Below, piece after piece: positions 19,801 through 28,676 of a stretch of 64,000 nt of DNA (positions are counted from its first letter, which is position 1; each line of letters opens with the position of its first letter). The position numbers and the translations under genes were made by a program. The stretch covers positions 24,536 through 88,535 of IMG/VR virus record IMGVR_UViG_3300045988_105861. The stretch is one strand, 5' to 3'. The DNA is from a virus. The notes under the pieces were generated by a model. It searched no databases. It was given only the letters and a program-made list of their open reading frames with translations, and was not told the origin of the DNA.

Positions 19801-22800
19801 TCGAGCAGGAAAAGATTTATACAGAACAGATGGAAAAGTGGGATGCTGAAAATTCGGAACTGGAATTTAGCGAAAGTTATGCCACAAGAATGGAATCCAT
19901 ATACAAAAAGGCTGAAGAAGAATTAGGGCATCCGGTTTCTCAAACAACCAAAGAATACCTTAATGCTCTATCCAGGCAAAAACGGATATTGAGGCAGCCT
20001 TTTATTGATAGCGGTGGTAATTTTGATGAGGTTGCCTATTTTAAAAGCAGCAATTACGAAGAAGAAGGACTGCTTCGTAAACAACGTAAGGAAGCAGCTT
20101 CAGAATACATATATGTAGGAACCAGGAGAGTGGAAAAAACCGGCGACCAACTTAAGATGGCTAAAGAAATACAAGCTATAAATGAAGTTTGGAGAAAGGA
20201 ATCAAATAATGTTACCAATGCCGTATCAGAATCGTTTTTGCAAAAATTAAGAACGATTCAGAGCGAGTCGGGAGGAGAAGCTGCGCTGAAGACACTTATG
20301 TTGGGAGGTCACCTGTCGTTCAATGATCGGTTTTGGAATGAAGTAGAATCGGAACAGTCGGCGCGTACCGAATCAAATAACAAGGCTTCGTATCTTAAAA
20401 TGGCGCATGATATCATTAGTTCTACGACAAGTGATAGAGATGCGACTGACGTGGATTCGATTGTGAAAGATATAGAAAAAAATAAGGCCATTATCAAGGA
20501 AATAATCGGAAACAACCGAGATGTGGCTGATATCGGAGAAATTAACGAAGCGACATTTACCTCATCTGAAAGAGATGCTTTTAGGGCCGCATCTGAAGCT
20601 ATTGAAGCTGATTACGCTATCTTAATAGATTATGCTAAGATGGTGGGTCTTGAAGATATTGATAAGTACCTTACTAAAAGCAGTAAGGCCGAAAACGAAG
20701 TAAATCAGTCTTATTTAAATGCTCTTGCTGACTCCAAGGAAGTGGAATGGAAGTTCGTACAACGTCATACTACGGCGAAGAAAGCAAAAAGGATTCAGAC
20801 TTTAAGGGATAAGCTGTTTAAGGCTGCTGATAACCGATATCTGTTTACCGTATCTGAAACCAACTACCTGTCAGAAAAGCTTGGTATAAGCAAAGAATTA
20901 GACGGTAGAGATTTCAGGAATGCTGTTAATGCTAAGATGGCCAGCTTGTTTTTAAATAACACAAGAGAAGAGGGCATAGAAGAGACCAATGCTATTGTTA
21001 ATGAATTTGCCAGGAGCCAGGTCTTTTCGTACTATAAACGCATGGCACCTACCGGATATGCGGCTATGATTGGTAAAATAGGCCGCGGTGAGATAGATGT
21101 GGCGCAGATGGTTAAAGACGTACAGAACGGAACATCCACCCAAGATTATGGCATGGACATATCATACCTGTCTTTCGACCCTGCAAGGGCATGGGTGGCT
21201 GAATCTGAAGCCGAAAATAGCGGTCGTAACCCTGATTATGTAAAAGATCATGGGTATGGTCATCGTATGCCCAAGAAAAGCCTGTATCGTGATGAATCGT
21301 ATTTCAATGACTTTGGTATCAAGTATGATGCTGACGGTAATGAGGTTGCTACTAAAAACGTAGAGCAATGGAATATGATTCAAAAACTTAAGGAAATAAA
21401 AAGACAATCCCTTTCCTTATACAAAGAGCAGAGCCCGAACCTGTATGCTATTCCACAGATATCAAAACAAGATATAGAACGTATAGAAGGATTGGGTATT
21501 AACTTCAAAAATACGGTTCGTAATTTTGTATCAGATCTGTGCCTGGACAGAGTAGACGATTCTTTATACGGTAAAACCAGACAAGGGGAAGTATATGATC
21601 CGGAAGACAGACTTAGGTCTATACCCAAATACTACATATATGAATTGGAGAACCAAGATGATGTATCTCACGATTTTGGCTACTCTTATTCTATGCTTAT
21701 GATGCAGTCATCGTTATACAACGAAAAGCAGAAGTCTATAGAGCTCGCTCAAGGACTGGAGCAGATGTTACTGAATAAACAATTTGAAGGTGGTAAAAAG
21801 GCTGAAGCAACCCAAGCATATCAGATGTTTAGGGACTTCTTCAACGATCATTATTATGGCATTAGGATGAACACCAAAAAACTTACGGTGAACATCGGAG
21901 GATATACGGTAGACCTTACAAGAATTATGATGGCTGTTGAAAGATTTATGTCGGTTATGAACTTGGCACTGTCTCCGTTTGTGGCAGCTACCGGCGCCCT
22001 GACAGGTCATATCAACCTCATCATGGAATATGCCGTAGGACAGTATATAAGCAAAGACTCCCTTAAATACGCATCGGCTGAGTTTTCACGTCTTGCGCCA
22101 TCTTGTATAGCAGAAACCGGAGACATAGATAGAAAAAGCAAATTATATGTCATAGGTGAGAGAATGGGGATATTCAATATCCGAAATCGTATGTATGGTG
22201 CCGGATACAATAGAGTAGCCAGGACCTTAATGCGTTCACCTATGTATGCTTTCATGGAAATCCTGAACTACCCTCTTGATCCGCAGGTTATGATTGCCAC
22301 TATGGACAATGTTCGTTATTACAAAGGCCGGTTCTACACGTTCCAAGATTTCAAGATGGAAAAAGAACGTAATAAAGAACAGGGTACCATAAAAAGAGAA
22401 TGGAACGCATTAAAAGATCGTACTTTATGGAGTATGGTAGATGTCGTGGATGGGAAGGTGGTTGTAAAGCCCGGATCGGGTGTTACTGTTGAGGAAGTAG
22501 AAACCCAGATGGCTATAACCCGTAATCAGGTTCGTAGCTTGTCACAGATATGTAACGGATCTTTGAATGAAGAAAACCGGACAGCCGCATCCCGCAACTG
22601 GATAGCCAGGTTCATGACTGCCCACCGAGGATGGTTGGTGCTGGCGGCTCAACGTCTGTGGAAAAGACGTGGCTTCAATTTCCAGACAATGCAAGAAGAG
22701 GAAGGACTGTCAATTACGTTAAAGAATATGATAGCCAAAACATTTAGCTTAGCTTCCGAGTCTGGTATGAAAAACATCATAGATGCCTGGAACGAAAATA

Positions 22801-23306
22801 AAGACAATATGAATGAGGTAGAAAAAACCAATCTCAAACGTCTCAGTGTCTATGCCGGCACGTTCCTTATCATGCAGGCCGTATCTATGCTTCTTGCCGG
22901 ATGGCGTGATGATGATGAAAACGAAGAAAGTTGGCTTACTCAATTTGGATCCTATGTCGGATTCAGAACCATAAACGAAATAGCTTCACAGATGCCGTTT
23001 ATTATGGAGCTTAACGTGGTAGATATCATTAACGATCCGTTCGTCATGGGACGGAAGCTGAAGGATCTTACCGATCTTAGGAATTATTCACTTGATAAAG
23101 TAACATCCGGTACATACAAGGGAGAGTCTAAGTTATTTAGGCAACTCGCCAAACAGACGTTTATCAAACAATGGTATAATATCAAGACGCCGGAAGACGT
23201 AGCGCGCGCCTATAATTGGTGGCAGCAGACGAACAACAAGTCAATGATGTTCTTCATCGGCGCCACTCCTGATTCGGAAGGAGACGATGATGTTAGCTAC
23301 AAATAG
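16884..23306 (+). CDS. Giant protein (2140 aa), function unknown. Extensive predicted coiled coil. Candidate virion or ejected protein.
   Basis: 6.4-kb ORF. No catalytic motif recognised by eye. Confidence 0.8.
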   Translation: MTSTCIIKRDNKKKVVSVSTRSGDRSMLFDKIASIPLMENRERATTVFKTVFSNKFLKAFGDWRKRVPINKQAYNKVKSNIGLIPETYRERVLDKASKMSNPVLVSKSDAPYEIRESGFGFYSQDLGDNIMLVDAMIPSSISVPEEPGIDAGQYLQDAISSDFTPVSVVQDKGVNYMVIKDGLKIFSPEELPETDSNPVGVTYQTGEPRLFFMNDRSQLFEDYGEALRSGGNDIRIGLLSGTVQESTVDGVADITYKAGKYVLNNPKSFIPVMTASASTSLSTKGGIINYLIKKGLLSGSKIFDSETRSYYLTGEGYTGQIRLFNSALSYTELRNHFGSDVSMNDQGMITISSLDNSKVTMRLATGGTERVSREQIKNDLKSGRYNELDAKYDHFDALVVSFILEDNDLYADTKAKIVSDYSRQERDQRNSIVEILKTLGVSVIGMTDYIEKYQTKYGHEPSAKALADIANNVIAVGEDATLSDLVEETAHFLVEAYRDQNAVEAVLQDVEGTEEWNQYAGQYYNTYGKAYEGAELDNAVRREILGKILAREMQTGTAQAPVEPTSFLGRVRRLFSGIVSWLKSALSTQRQDLNNVIKNIRDLAITDIDKGFDTSLLKDNDFTLYSLSSMNKNKFLESKIRSLRKTLRDLRQISSDRAVTTSMTLAQLKTIEDKINKVETEIDKNEMAAAMNSMISTAEAQVRYLSNVVNTILHGDTKDGKLHFNTNDRKNVDIINNQVLPIMNDLRGYIRNRSTEFDEREKQDYTNRINTVIADINGIQSDIKSVQDLDESTLLDKLMNELHVPADKVKRVKEFFDKVQHDVSWISRWFGILEHSSSPFNNALGAMIAKDNYNAMVNAQPAISDFLAYAKKHGFNKSEFEKLLQKVDGKTSNYLRSALDMAKYDRNKKLAQMRAFATAMNIEISEEEIGDVVDNNRNYVFKREVVDKDGNTVTENAKFKPSSDRVNTDIFTIEQEKIYTEQMEKWDAENSELEFSESYATRMESIYKKAEEELGHPVSQTTKEYLNALSRQKRILRQPFIDSGGNFDEVAYFKSSNYEEEGLLRKQRKEAASEYIYVGTRRVEKTGDQLKMAKEIQAINEVWRKESNNVTNAVSESFLQKLRTIQSESGGEAALKTLMLGGHLSFNDRFWNEVESEQSARTESNNKASYLKMAHDIISSTTSDRDATDVDSIVKDIEKNKAIIKEIIGNNRDVADIGEINEATFTSSERDAFRAASEAIEADYAILIDYAKMVGLEDIDKYLTKSSKAENEVNQSYLNALADSKEVEWKFVQRHTTAKKAKRIQTLRDKLFKAADNRYLFTVSETNYLSEKLGISKELDGRDFRNAVNAKMASLFLNNTREEGIEETNAIVNEFARSQVFSYYKRMAPTGYAAMIGKIGRGEIDVAQMVKDVQNGTSTQDYGMDISYLSFDPARAWVAESEAENSGRNPDYVKDHGYGHRMPKKSLYRDESYFNDFGIKYDADGNEVATKNVEQWNMIQKLKEIKRQSLSLYKEQSPNLYAIPQISKQDIERIEGLGINFKNTVRNFVSDLCLDRVDDSLYGKTRQGEVYDPEDRLRSIPKYYIYELENQDDVSHDFGYSYSMLMMQSSLYNEKQKSIELAQGLEQMLLNKQFEGGKKAEATQAYQMFRDFFNDHYYGIRMNTKKLTVNIGGYTVDLTRIMMAVERFMSVMNLALSPFVAATGALTGHINLIMEYAVGQYISKDSLKYASAEFSRLAPSCIAETGDIDRKSKLYVIGERMGIFNIRNRMYGAGYNRVARTLMRSPMYAFMEILNYPLDPQVMIATMDNVRYYKGRFYTFQDFKMEKERNKEQGTIKREWNALKDRTLWSMVDVVDGKVVVKPGSGVTVEEVETQMAITRNQVRSLSQICNGSLNEENRTAASRNWIARFMTAHRGWLVLAAQRLWKRRGFNFQTMQEEEGLSITLKNMIAKTFSLASESGMKNIIDAWNENKDNMNEVEKTNLKRLSVYAGTFLIMQAVSMLLAGWRDDDENEESWLTQFGSYVGFRTINEIASQMPFIMELNVVDIINDPFVMGRKLKDLTDLRNYSLDKVTSGTYKGESKLFRQLAKQTFIKQWYNIKTPEDVARAYNWWQQTNNKSMMFFIGATPDSEGDDDVSYK

Positions 23307-23442
23307 ACGAAGAATATCGGACTTGCATTGTTTTGGTATGATTCCAATATGCTATATTAGCATCGTCAAAGAGTAGATTGTACGTTTTTTGTTCTTACTT
23401 GAAAGATTATGTAGGTTTAATTTTTTTTGAAATTGTTTTCTT

Positions 23443-23485
23443 ACCGGTTCTCAGTCAGAGATGATAGGGAACCGGTTTCTTTTAT
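23443..23485 (+). terminator. Hairpin ACCGGTTC...GAACCGGT (8 bp, 18-nt loop) followed by TTCTTTTAT. Probable terminator of the giant gene.
   Basis: Perfect 8-bp stem. It overlaps the ORF-track start at 23461, which argues that the real start is 23521. Confidence 0.5.
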
Positions 23486-23520
23486 GTTGTCAATTATTGC
23501 TATCTTGCAAACAAAAAATC

Positions 23521-24141
23521 ATGAGACGAAGATTTCAAATAGGGATGGGGGGGGTAAATCCCTCTCTTATAATCAATAAAGGCATATACATCCAACATGT
23601 AGATGGAGGATTATATACAAAAGAAAATTGGTCTAATAAAGGATATTCCAATGATCTATGCAATGGAATAGCTCTTGTAGATAAAGTGTGTTTTGTTATA
23701 GCCACCGAATATATTGGCACATTTCGTTGGGGTAAGGATGGAGAAATAGACAATATATTTGCACAAGATAGTTCTCATATTGGAACTATTAAAAAGGATT
23801 ATTGGGGGCGTGAAAATCAGAATGTGTATCTTGAATATGATACCAGTAATACAGATTACGCTTTTAATAAAGCTAATAGCTATTTATTTAAAAATGGTCA
23901 AAATGGATATGTAGGTGGCGCCGGAGAGTTTTTTTTGATATCATTGTATGCTAATGAAATAAACGAATGCCTTTTAATGGTAGGAGGTACGATAATGAGT
24001 AATAGAATGTGGACATCCACTCAAGATACAAGATTTTCCTATTCGTGGTATTATGATATAAACATCCAAGGAGATCATTTGAGTACAAGTACAAGGAGTA
24101 ATCCACGTTATGTCCGTCCTTTTACTGAATTAATTTTATGA
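23521..24141 (+). CDS. MRRRF-start protein (~206 aa) with a C-terminal DUF1566/FISUMP-like domain. Contains an in-frame poly-G(8) tract near its N-terminus.
   Basis: C-terminus MWTSTQDTRFSYSWYYDINIQGD...NPRYVRPF resembles the WWSST...YVRCVR signature of the Fibrobacter major paralogous domain. G8 at 23547-23554 encodes G-M-G-G. Confidence 0.6.
   Translation: MRRRFQIGMGGVNPSLIINKGIYIQHVDGGLYTKENWSNKGYSNDLCNGIALVDKVCFVIATEYIGTFRWGKDGEIDNIFAQDSSHIGTIKKDYWGRENQNVYLEYDTSNTDYAFNKANSYLFKNGQNGYVGGAGEFFLISLYANEINECLLMVGGTIMSNRMWTSTQDTRFSYSWYYDINIQGDHLSTSTRSNPRYVRPFTELIL
23547..23554 (+). repeat. Homopolymeric G8 tract, in frame (ON state).
   Basis: Counted directly: gggatgggggggg(t). Confidence 0.9.
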
Positions 24142-24145
24142 AATT

Positions 24146-24884
24146 ATGAGAAGAAGATTTGAAAATAATGCTAAACTATATGAGTATAAGATAGTTAGCA
24201 ATTGTATAGGGGGGGGAGGTAATCGTAGAAGGCAAGAAAGTCGGTAACATCCCACAGAGCGGGCAATTTATCTTTCTGTCTAAAAAAGAACGTCTTGATT
24301 CCATAAGTATTCAAGGCGGTGTTCCAATAGAAGATAGGCAAGAGATCGATAGTCAGGTTGATACGACAGAGGAATTGCTTGAACAGGATTCGGTGGTTCT
24401 TGCTATTGCTTTAACAACCTCTCCTTATTATGGATTTAGAGTAAGTGTGATAGTGCCTGATGAGTTTACGCTAAGAACAACTAATAGGATTAATAGAACC
24501 TTTTTAATAACAAGCTTTACTCCACCTGCTGCTATATACGGTGTAAACTTTGGTGATCCTATTGTCCTTAATTATGATAGTTACCAATATGAGATGCCAG
24601 ATCTTGTAATTGATGGACCTCATGATAGAATAGTTAGGGCAGATCCTAATCTTACTTGGACTGTAAGATGTACAGATGCCGACTTTAAACCTTTGCCATA
24701 TCCAGAATCATGGTCTGGCCAAGGTTTAAATTCTATGTTCTTACCAGAAATGAAACGTCCTGCTCCTGGTGATCATCATGTATCATATACAGCTTATATT
24801 AATTTGGACTTGATAGATGATGGCGGAAGTAAAGTTCATACTGAATATCTGATATTAAAAAAAACACTTAATTTTACGATATGA
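24146..24884 (+). CDS. MRRRF-start gene split by a poly-G(8) tract. Frame 2 (24146-24247, 33 aa) joins frame 0 (24210-24884) if one G is lost. Candidate phase-variable or +1-frameshifted protein (~245 aa when fused).
   Basis: Frame 0 opens with the TAG immediately 5' of the G-run (24207-24209) and stays open to 24884. Frame 2 terminates 10 codons after the run. Confidence 0.45.
24209..24216 (+). repeat. Homopolymeric G8 tract at the frame junction (OFF state).
   Basis: Counted directly: atagggggggga. Runs this long are rare in this AT-rich sequence. Confidence 0.9.
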
Positions 24885-24929
24885 CAACAATCCCCAACCG
24901 TACGCCTATTGTATGGTTGGGGATTGTTG
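24885..24929. terminator. Bidirectional terminator at the +/- strand convergence.
   Basis: Perfect 15-bp inverted repeat CAACAATCCCCAACC ... GGTTGGGGATTGTTG with a 15-nt loop. A8 run on the left and a U-rich tract on the right. Confidence 0.8.
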
Positions 24930-24973
24930 TAGTTACCATCTTTTCTTGTATAAGCAGAACATGAAATAAGTTT

Positions 24974-25462
24974 CTAAGCATTAACTTCATGACCTTCCCT
25001 ATCTGTGAAAACCAAACCAACACCTTCTATAATATGTCCTACTACAGAAGCTTTGTCAAATTCCTCCTTCGTAGCCCAAGTAGCATTATCAGGCATCAGA
25101 TCCTTGAATGCATCCGAAACATCACCTTGGCACCAGCAGTTATTTGATGTAACAATGCCTTTCCCTTCGATATTGATATACATCTTTCTTCCTCCACATC
25201 CAAGAGTATTCCATCCACCTGGTACGATCGCTGCCATAGGTTTGATAATCCAGCTTACGCCATCGATTCTAACCCATCCAGGATCGTCTTTGTGCTTGTC
25301 GTACATATTTTGCCAAAAAGAGCATTCGTAGCACCATCCCCTGTCTTCCATGACAGTCCTTATCTCACACCTTTCAAATCCATCTGCATCCATCGTGTGC
25401 GGAGAATGAGGCTGGTGAGGGGTGCCACATTTCGGACATACGAGTTTTAAATTCTTTTCCAT
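24974..25462 (-). CDS. Hypothetical protein (162 aa) with an N-terminal CxxC zinc ribbon.
   Basis: CPKCGTPHQPHSPH plus further Cys pairs. Confidence 0.55.
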   Translation of the reverse strand: MEKNLKLVCPKCGTPHQPHSPHTMDADGFERCEIRTVMEDRGWCYECSFWQNMYDKHKDDPGWVRIDGVSWIIKPMAAIVPGGWNTLGCGGRKMYINIEGKGIVTSNNCWCQGDVSDAFKDLMPDNATWATKEEFDKASVVGHIIEGVGLVFTDREGHEVNA

Positions 25463-25463
25463 A

Positions 25464-25697
25464 TTATTTCACTTTTACGATCTTAATAGAATCTCCAAGA
25501 TTGTATTCCCCTTGGCGTCCAACGAATTTTATAAACCTATTATTTTCAAATATTGGGATTCTTTCGTCTTTACCATAATACATCACATATCCACCATGTA
25601 AAGGACATAGATCATGTATAACCCATCCGTCATTAACCTGATCATCATGCGAACATGATGATAACACAAGTGCTATCAATAAAACAAAATATCTCAT
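25464..25697 (-). CDS. Small lipoprotein (77 aa).
   Basis: Signal peptide with lipobox LSSC (MRYFVLLIALVLSSCS). Confidence 0.55.
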   Translation of the reverse strand: MRYFVLLIALVLSSCSHDDQVNDGWVIHDLCPLHGGYVMYYGKDERIPIFENNRFIKFVGRQGEYNLGDSIKIVKVK

Positions 25698-25704
25698 ATT
25701 ATTT

Positions 25705-25896
25705 TCAACATAAAAATTTGTAACCTGGTTTTACAGCCTCAGCTTCTTCTCTCGTATCAAACATTAAGGTAGTAACGGCTCCCATGCCATAACAAATGTA
25801 AGACACTTTCACCCACCACCTGAAAATTCCCGATCCGTAATCATCATAATACGGCTCGGAAAGAACTTCTTCTACATACCCATCCAAATAATTCAT
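25705..25896 (-). CDS. Small hypothetical protein (63 aa).
   Basis: ORF in the operon. Confidence 0.4.
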   Translation of the reverse strand: MNYLDGYVEEVLSEPYYDDYGSGIFRWWVKVSYICYGMGAVTTLMFDTREEAEAVKPGYKFLC

Positions 25897-26609
25897 GATC
25901 GTTCCTCCTTGTTTTTAGATTCTGCCTCCTCGATTATGCTGATTACCTTATCAACAATATCCGAATCAGACATTTTCTCAATAAAAACATCCATTGCCTT
26001 AGTTATGTCATTGGCTTCTTTTTCTTCAAGAGCTATTTCTCCACCGGTAATAGCATCAGACAATGATGTAGACAAGTGCCTTATTTTATCAATGCTCATA
26101 AACGTAAATGGATTACCACCTTGACCACCACCCATTTCTTTCATGATCTGATATCCACCTGAGATAAGTCTGCCTGATGTCGTGGCCAAGGAGGATACGA
26201 TTAGGGACAGTACCGCCGCTTCCGTCCGCTCCTCGGACACACCCCTCGACCACACGGCTGCCCTTATAGCGCCGGCCAGATCGTCTATGTATGGCATGAG
26301 GCAATCTTCCATCGCTTGTGTTATATCAGCTATAACCTCACTACGCTCTTTATTTATGTAGTAGATAGAAGCATTGTATTTCCTTATCTCCTTATCCATA
26401 TCATTCAAGAATCGTTTGACATTATGTCTGTACATAGGGCCGTCCTTAACCACTTCTTTCAGCTTAAGAATGTAATTATAAGCCTGGTCGTTTACGAACA
26501 ACGTCATAGTCTCAACCGTTGAATGAAGCGTGTTAAGACTGTTAAGAATCTTATCGAAATTGTTTATCAAATAAGCCTTCCTGGCTTTTGCTGCGTAGTT
26601 AATCATCAC
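25893..26609 (-). CDS. Hypothetical protein (238 aa).
   Basis: ORF overlapping its neighbours by 4 nt. Contains a GC-rich patch at ~26160-26290. Confidence 0.6.
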   Translation of the reverse strand: MMINYAAKARKAYLINNFDKILNSLNTLHSTVETMTLFVNDQAYNYILKLKEVVKDGPMYRHNVKRFLNDMDKEIRKYNASIYYINKERSEVIADITQAMEDCLMPYIDDLAGAIRAAVWSRGVSEERTEAAVLSLIVSSLATTSGRLISGGYQIMKEMGGGQGGNPFTFMSIDKIRHLSTSLSDAITGGEIALEEKEANDITKAMDVFIEKMSDSDIVDKVISIIEEAESKNKEERS

Positions 26610-27129
26610 ATTCGAATTTTAGATTTTCAAGTTCATTCAATTGTTTCTTAATTGACTCGATCAGATGCGTTCTCCGTTCCTCTGCATGTTTTAAAGCTTC
26701 TTCTTTGCTCTCAAAAGCATCCCTTCCTATTTCATAAGAAGTGATCCTATCAGGAATGTCGGCTAACAAAAGACCACCATACTCTTCTATTTTAGCTTTT
26801 ACTTTTCTTATTACACCGTCTCTCATGCACGCATCTGTAATCCATATAAACCTATCACATTCTTCTAATTCCCTTTCGTACAATTCATACCATTCCGGTT
26901 TAGGAAATCTTAATGTAAATCTAATCTCGGTATCTTTTTCTAAGACATTAATATCATACGCCTCCGGCCACAGCTCTTTTATGCTGTCTTCATCTTCAGC
27001 ATACGCCACCAATACAAATGAATTACTGGATTCTGCACTACACCAATATGGATATTTTATAGGCCATTTGACTGGACGGTAATCATTGTCACAGTCATCC
27101 TTTCTAATGTAAAATCTTGCTCTAATCAT
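26599..27129 (-). CDS. Hypothetical protein (176 aa).
   Basis: ORF. Confidence 0.6.
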   Translation of the reverse strand: MIRARFYIRKDDCDNDYRPVKWPIKYPYWCSAESSNSFVLVAYAEDEDSIKELWPEAYDINVLEKDTEIRFTLRFPKPEWYELYERELEECDRFIWITDACMRDGVIRKVKAKIEEYGGLLLADIPDRITSYEIGRDAFESKEEALKHAEERRTHLIESIKKQLNELENLKFECDD

Positions 27130-27130
27130 G

Positions 27131-27439
27131 TTATTCTACTTTTTTGATTTCGCTCAAATCGTCTTCATACACCAAATAAGATCCTCTTCCAGGTCTTCCT
27201 TCTTTATTAGCTTTCTGGATTGTAAATATAACTGTTCCAGTATTCGTGATTTGCACGTTCTTAAAGAAACCAACAAGAGGCTCTTTCGAACGTTTGTAAA
27301 GAACACTCACCTTATCTCCATTCTTTAACCCATAAACAGAATCGAAATATTCCTTTTTAATTCTTTCAATATTACTTCTATGTTTGTTCATTGCATCAAG
27401 CTCGTCGTCTAACAGTTGAATCATTTGTTTTTTTGTCAT
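27131..27439 (-). CDS. Hypothetical protein (102 aa).
   Basis: ORF. Confidence 0.55.
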   Translation of the reverse strand: MTKKQMIQLLDDELDAMNKHRSNIERIKKEYFDSVYGLKNGDKVSVLYKRSKEPLVGFFKNVQITNTGTVIFTIQKANKEGRPGRGSYLVYEDDLSEIKKVE

Positions 27440-28002
27440 TTCTTTTCCTCCTTATTTAATGGTATTAATCCTTTTCCGTGTTTATCATACCACAACATAG
27501 TTATCACATTCCATGCAGCCGCAGCTAAATGGTGCACGTTCGTCTCTTTATCCGTTCTCTCTCCTTTCAGGTATGCCATTATATGCCTGGCAGCCGCCGC
27601 ACGATACCGTTCAAAGCCATTGTCAAGATTCTGCCAATTATTAGGCCCATATTTCTTGGCTCCGGCATGATAGACTTTTACAATGTCCTCAATCTCTTCC
27701 ATCGGAAGCAAATCCCATCGTAGTTTGTCGTCAATGATGTCATTTTTCACTGATTTTATTGAAGTACTTTTTTCTGGATCTCCTACAAGAACAAGTTCCA
27801 TAATATCTGTTTCTATAATAATTGTGTTTCCATTGTAACAAACTTCAGCAAACTTGTCATTTTCTTTTATATTTGTTACTGCAACTACTATAGATCCTTT
27901 GTACATTATAGTACTTTTATCTATTTTATCATCTTTCAATGTACGAAAAATAGATCCTTTTGGATAAAGGATGTTTTTAGTATTATTGTCCATCTTTTCC
28001 AT
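27436..28002 (-). CDS. Hypothetical protein (188 aa). The C-terminal half is weakly reminiscent of phage all-alpha nucleotide pyrophosphohydrolase (dATP/dGTP diphosphohydrolase-like) domains.
   Basis: KYGPNNW...ERYRAAAARH...HHLAAAAWNVITMLW pattern. Assignment is tentative. Confidence 0.5.
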   Translation of the reverse strand: MEKMDNNTKNILYPKGSIFRTLKDDKIDKSTIMYKGSIVVAVTNIKENDKFAEVCYNGNTIIIETDIMELVLVGDPEKSTSIKSVKNDIIDDKLRWDLLPMEEIEDIVKVYHAGAKKYGPNNWQNLDNGFERYRAAAARHIMAYLKGERTDKETNVHHLAAAAWNVITMLWYDKHGKGLIPLNKEEKK

Positions 28003-28051
28003 CGTTTTATCGTTGTTTTAATCAATTAGTATAATAATATAGCCCATTATT

Positions 28052-28417
28052 TTATTCTTCGCCTATAAAGCGATCAAATTCTTCTCCGCTCATAACAATG
28101 CGGTTAATGATGATTGTGCCGTTATTGCTATAATCGTCATTTTTAACTCCCACATCATCAAGCTCCCTCTTTAAGTCTTCAAATGTAGGACCGGTCTTGC
28201 TTTTAAAAAATAAAGTAGCATATACAACCTTTCCGTTGTTTAGTTTTACTCTCACGGTATAGACATATCCTTTTTCCTCTTCATCCTTTTTGTTGATACC
28301 ATCAAGGATGCTATTTATCATATCCTTGTCCTCACGTGATAGGTTGGATATAGCTATTCTGCCCTTTAATCTAAATACTTCGTTTTCGTTCATGACTTTC
28401 TGTTTTATTGTTTTCAA
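28052..28417 (-). CDS. Hypothetical protein (121 aa).
   Basis: ORF. Confidence 0.55.
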   Translation of the reverse strand: MKTIKQKVMNENEVFRLKGRIAISNLSREDKDMINSILDGINKKDEEEKGYVYTVRVKLNNGKVVYATLFFKSKTGPTFEDLKRELDDVGVKNDDYSNNGTIIINRIVMSGEEFDRFIGEE

Positions 28418-28676
28418 AATATTGTCTTACGGCTTCTATGGCTTTATCGTCATCAAAAGCTTCTTCAAACTCCGTGTAGAACCTATCTCGCTCCATGCAG
28501 AATGTGTTTTTCCCTTCCGGTATAGAACGGAACACAACCACCCTCTCTTTGTCGTGATTGGTTCCTATTATGTTATTATCTAAGATAATAGAATACCTTC
28601 TTGAACTTTTGTTGATAACAACATCATGTTGAAGACCATACAATTTAAGTATTTCCCTTAATTCATTTGTTTCCAT
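28371..28676 (-). CDS. Hypothetical protein (101 aa).
   Basis: ORF. Confidence 0.45.
   Translation of the reverse strand: METNELREILKLYGLQHDVVINKSSRRYSIILDNNIIGTNHDKERVVVFRSIPEGKNTFCMERDRFYTEFEEAFDDDKAIEAVRQYFENNKTESHERKRSI

Noticed and set aside
23461-23520. ORF-track start at 23461 (MIGNRFLLCC...) for the DUF1566 gene.
   Set aside because: That N-terminus overlaps the 23443-23485 terminator hairpin and is hydrophobic junk. The ATG at 23521 (MRRRF) matches the two paralogous gene starts.
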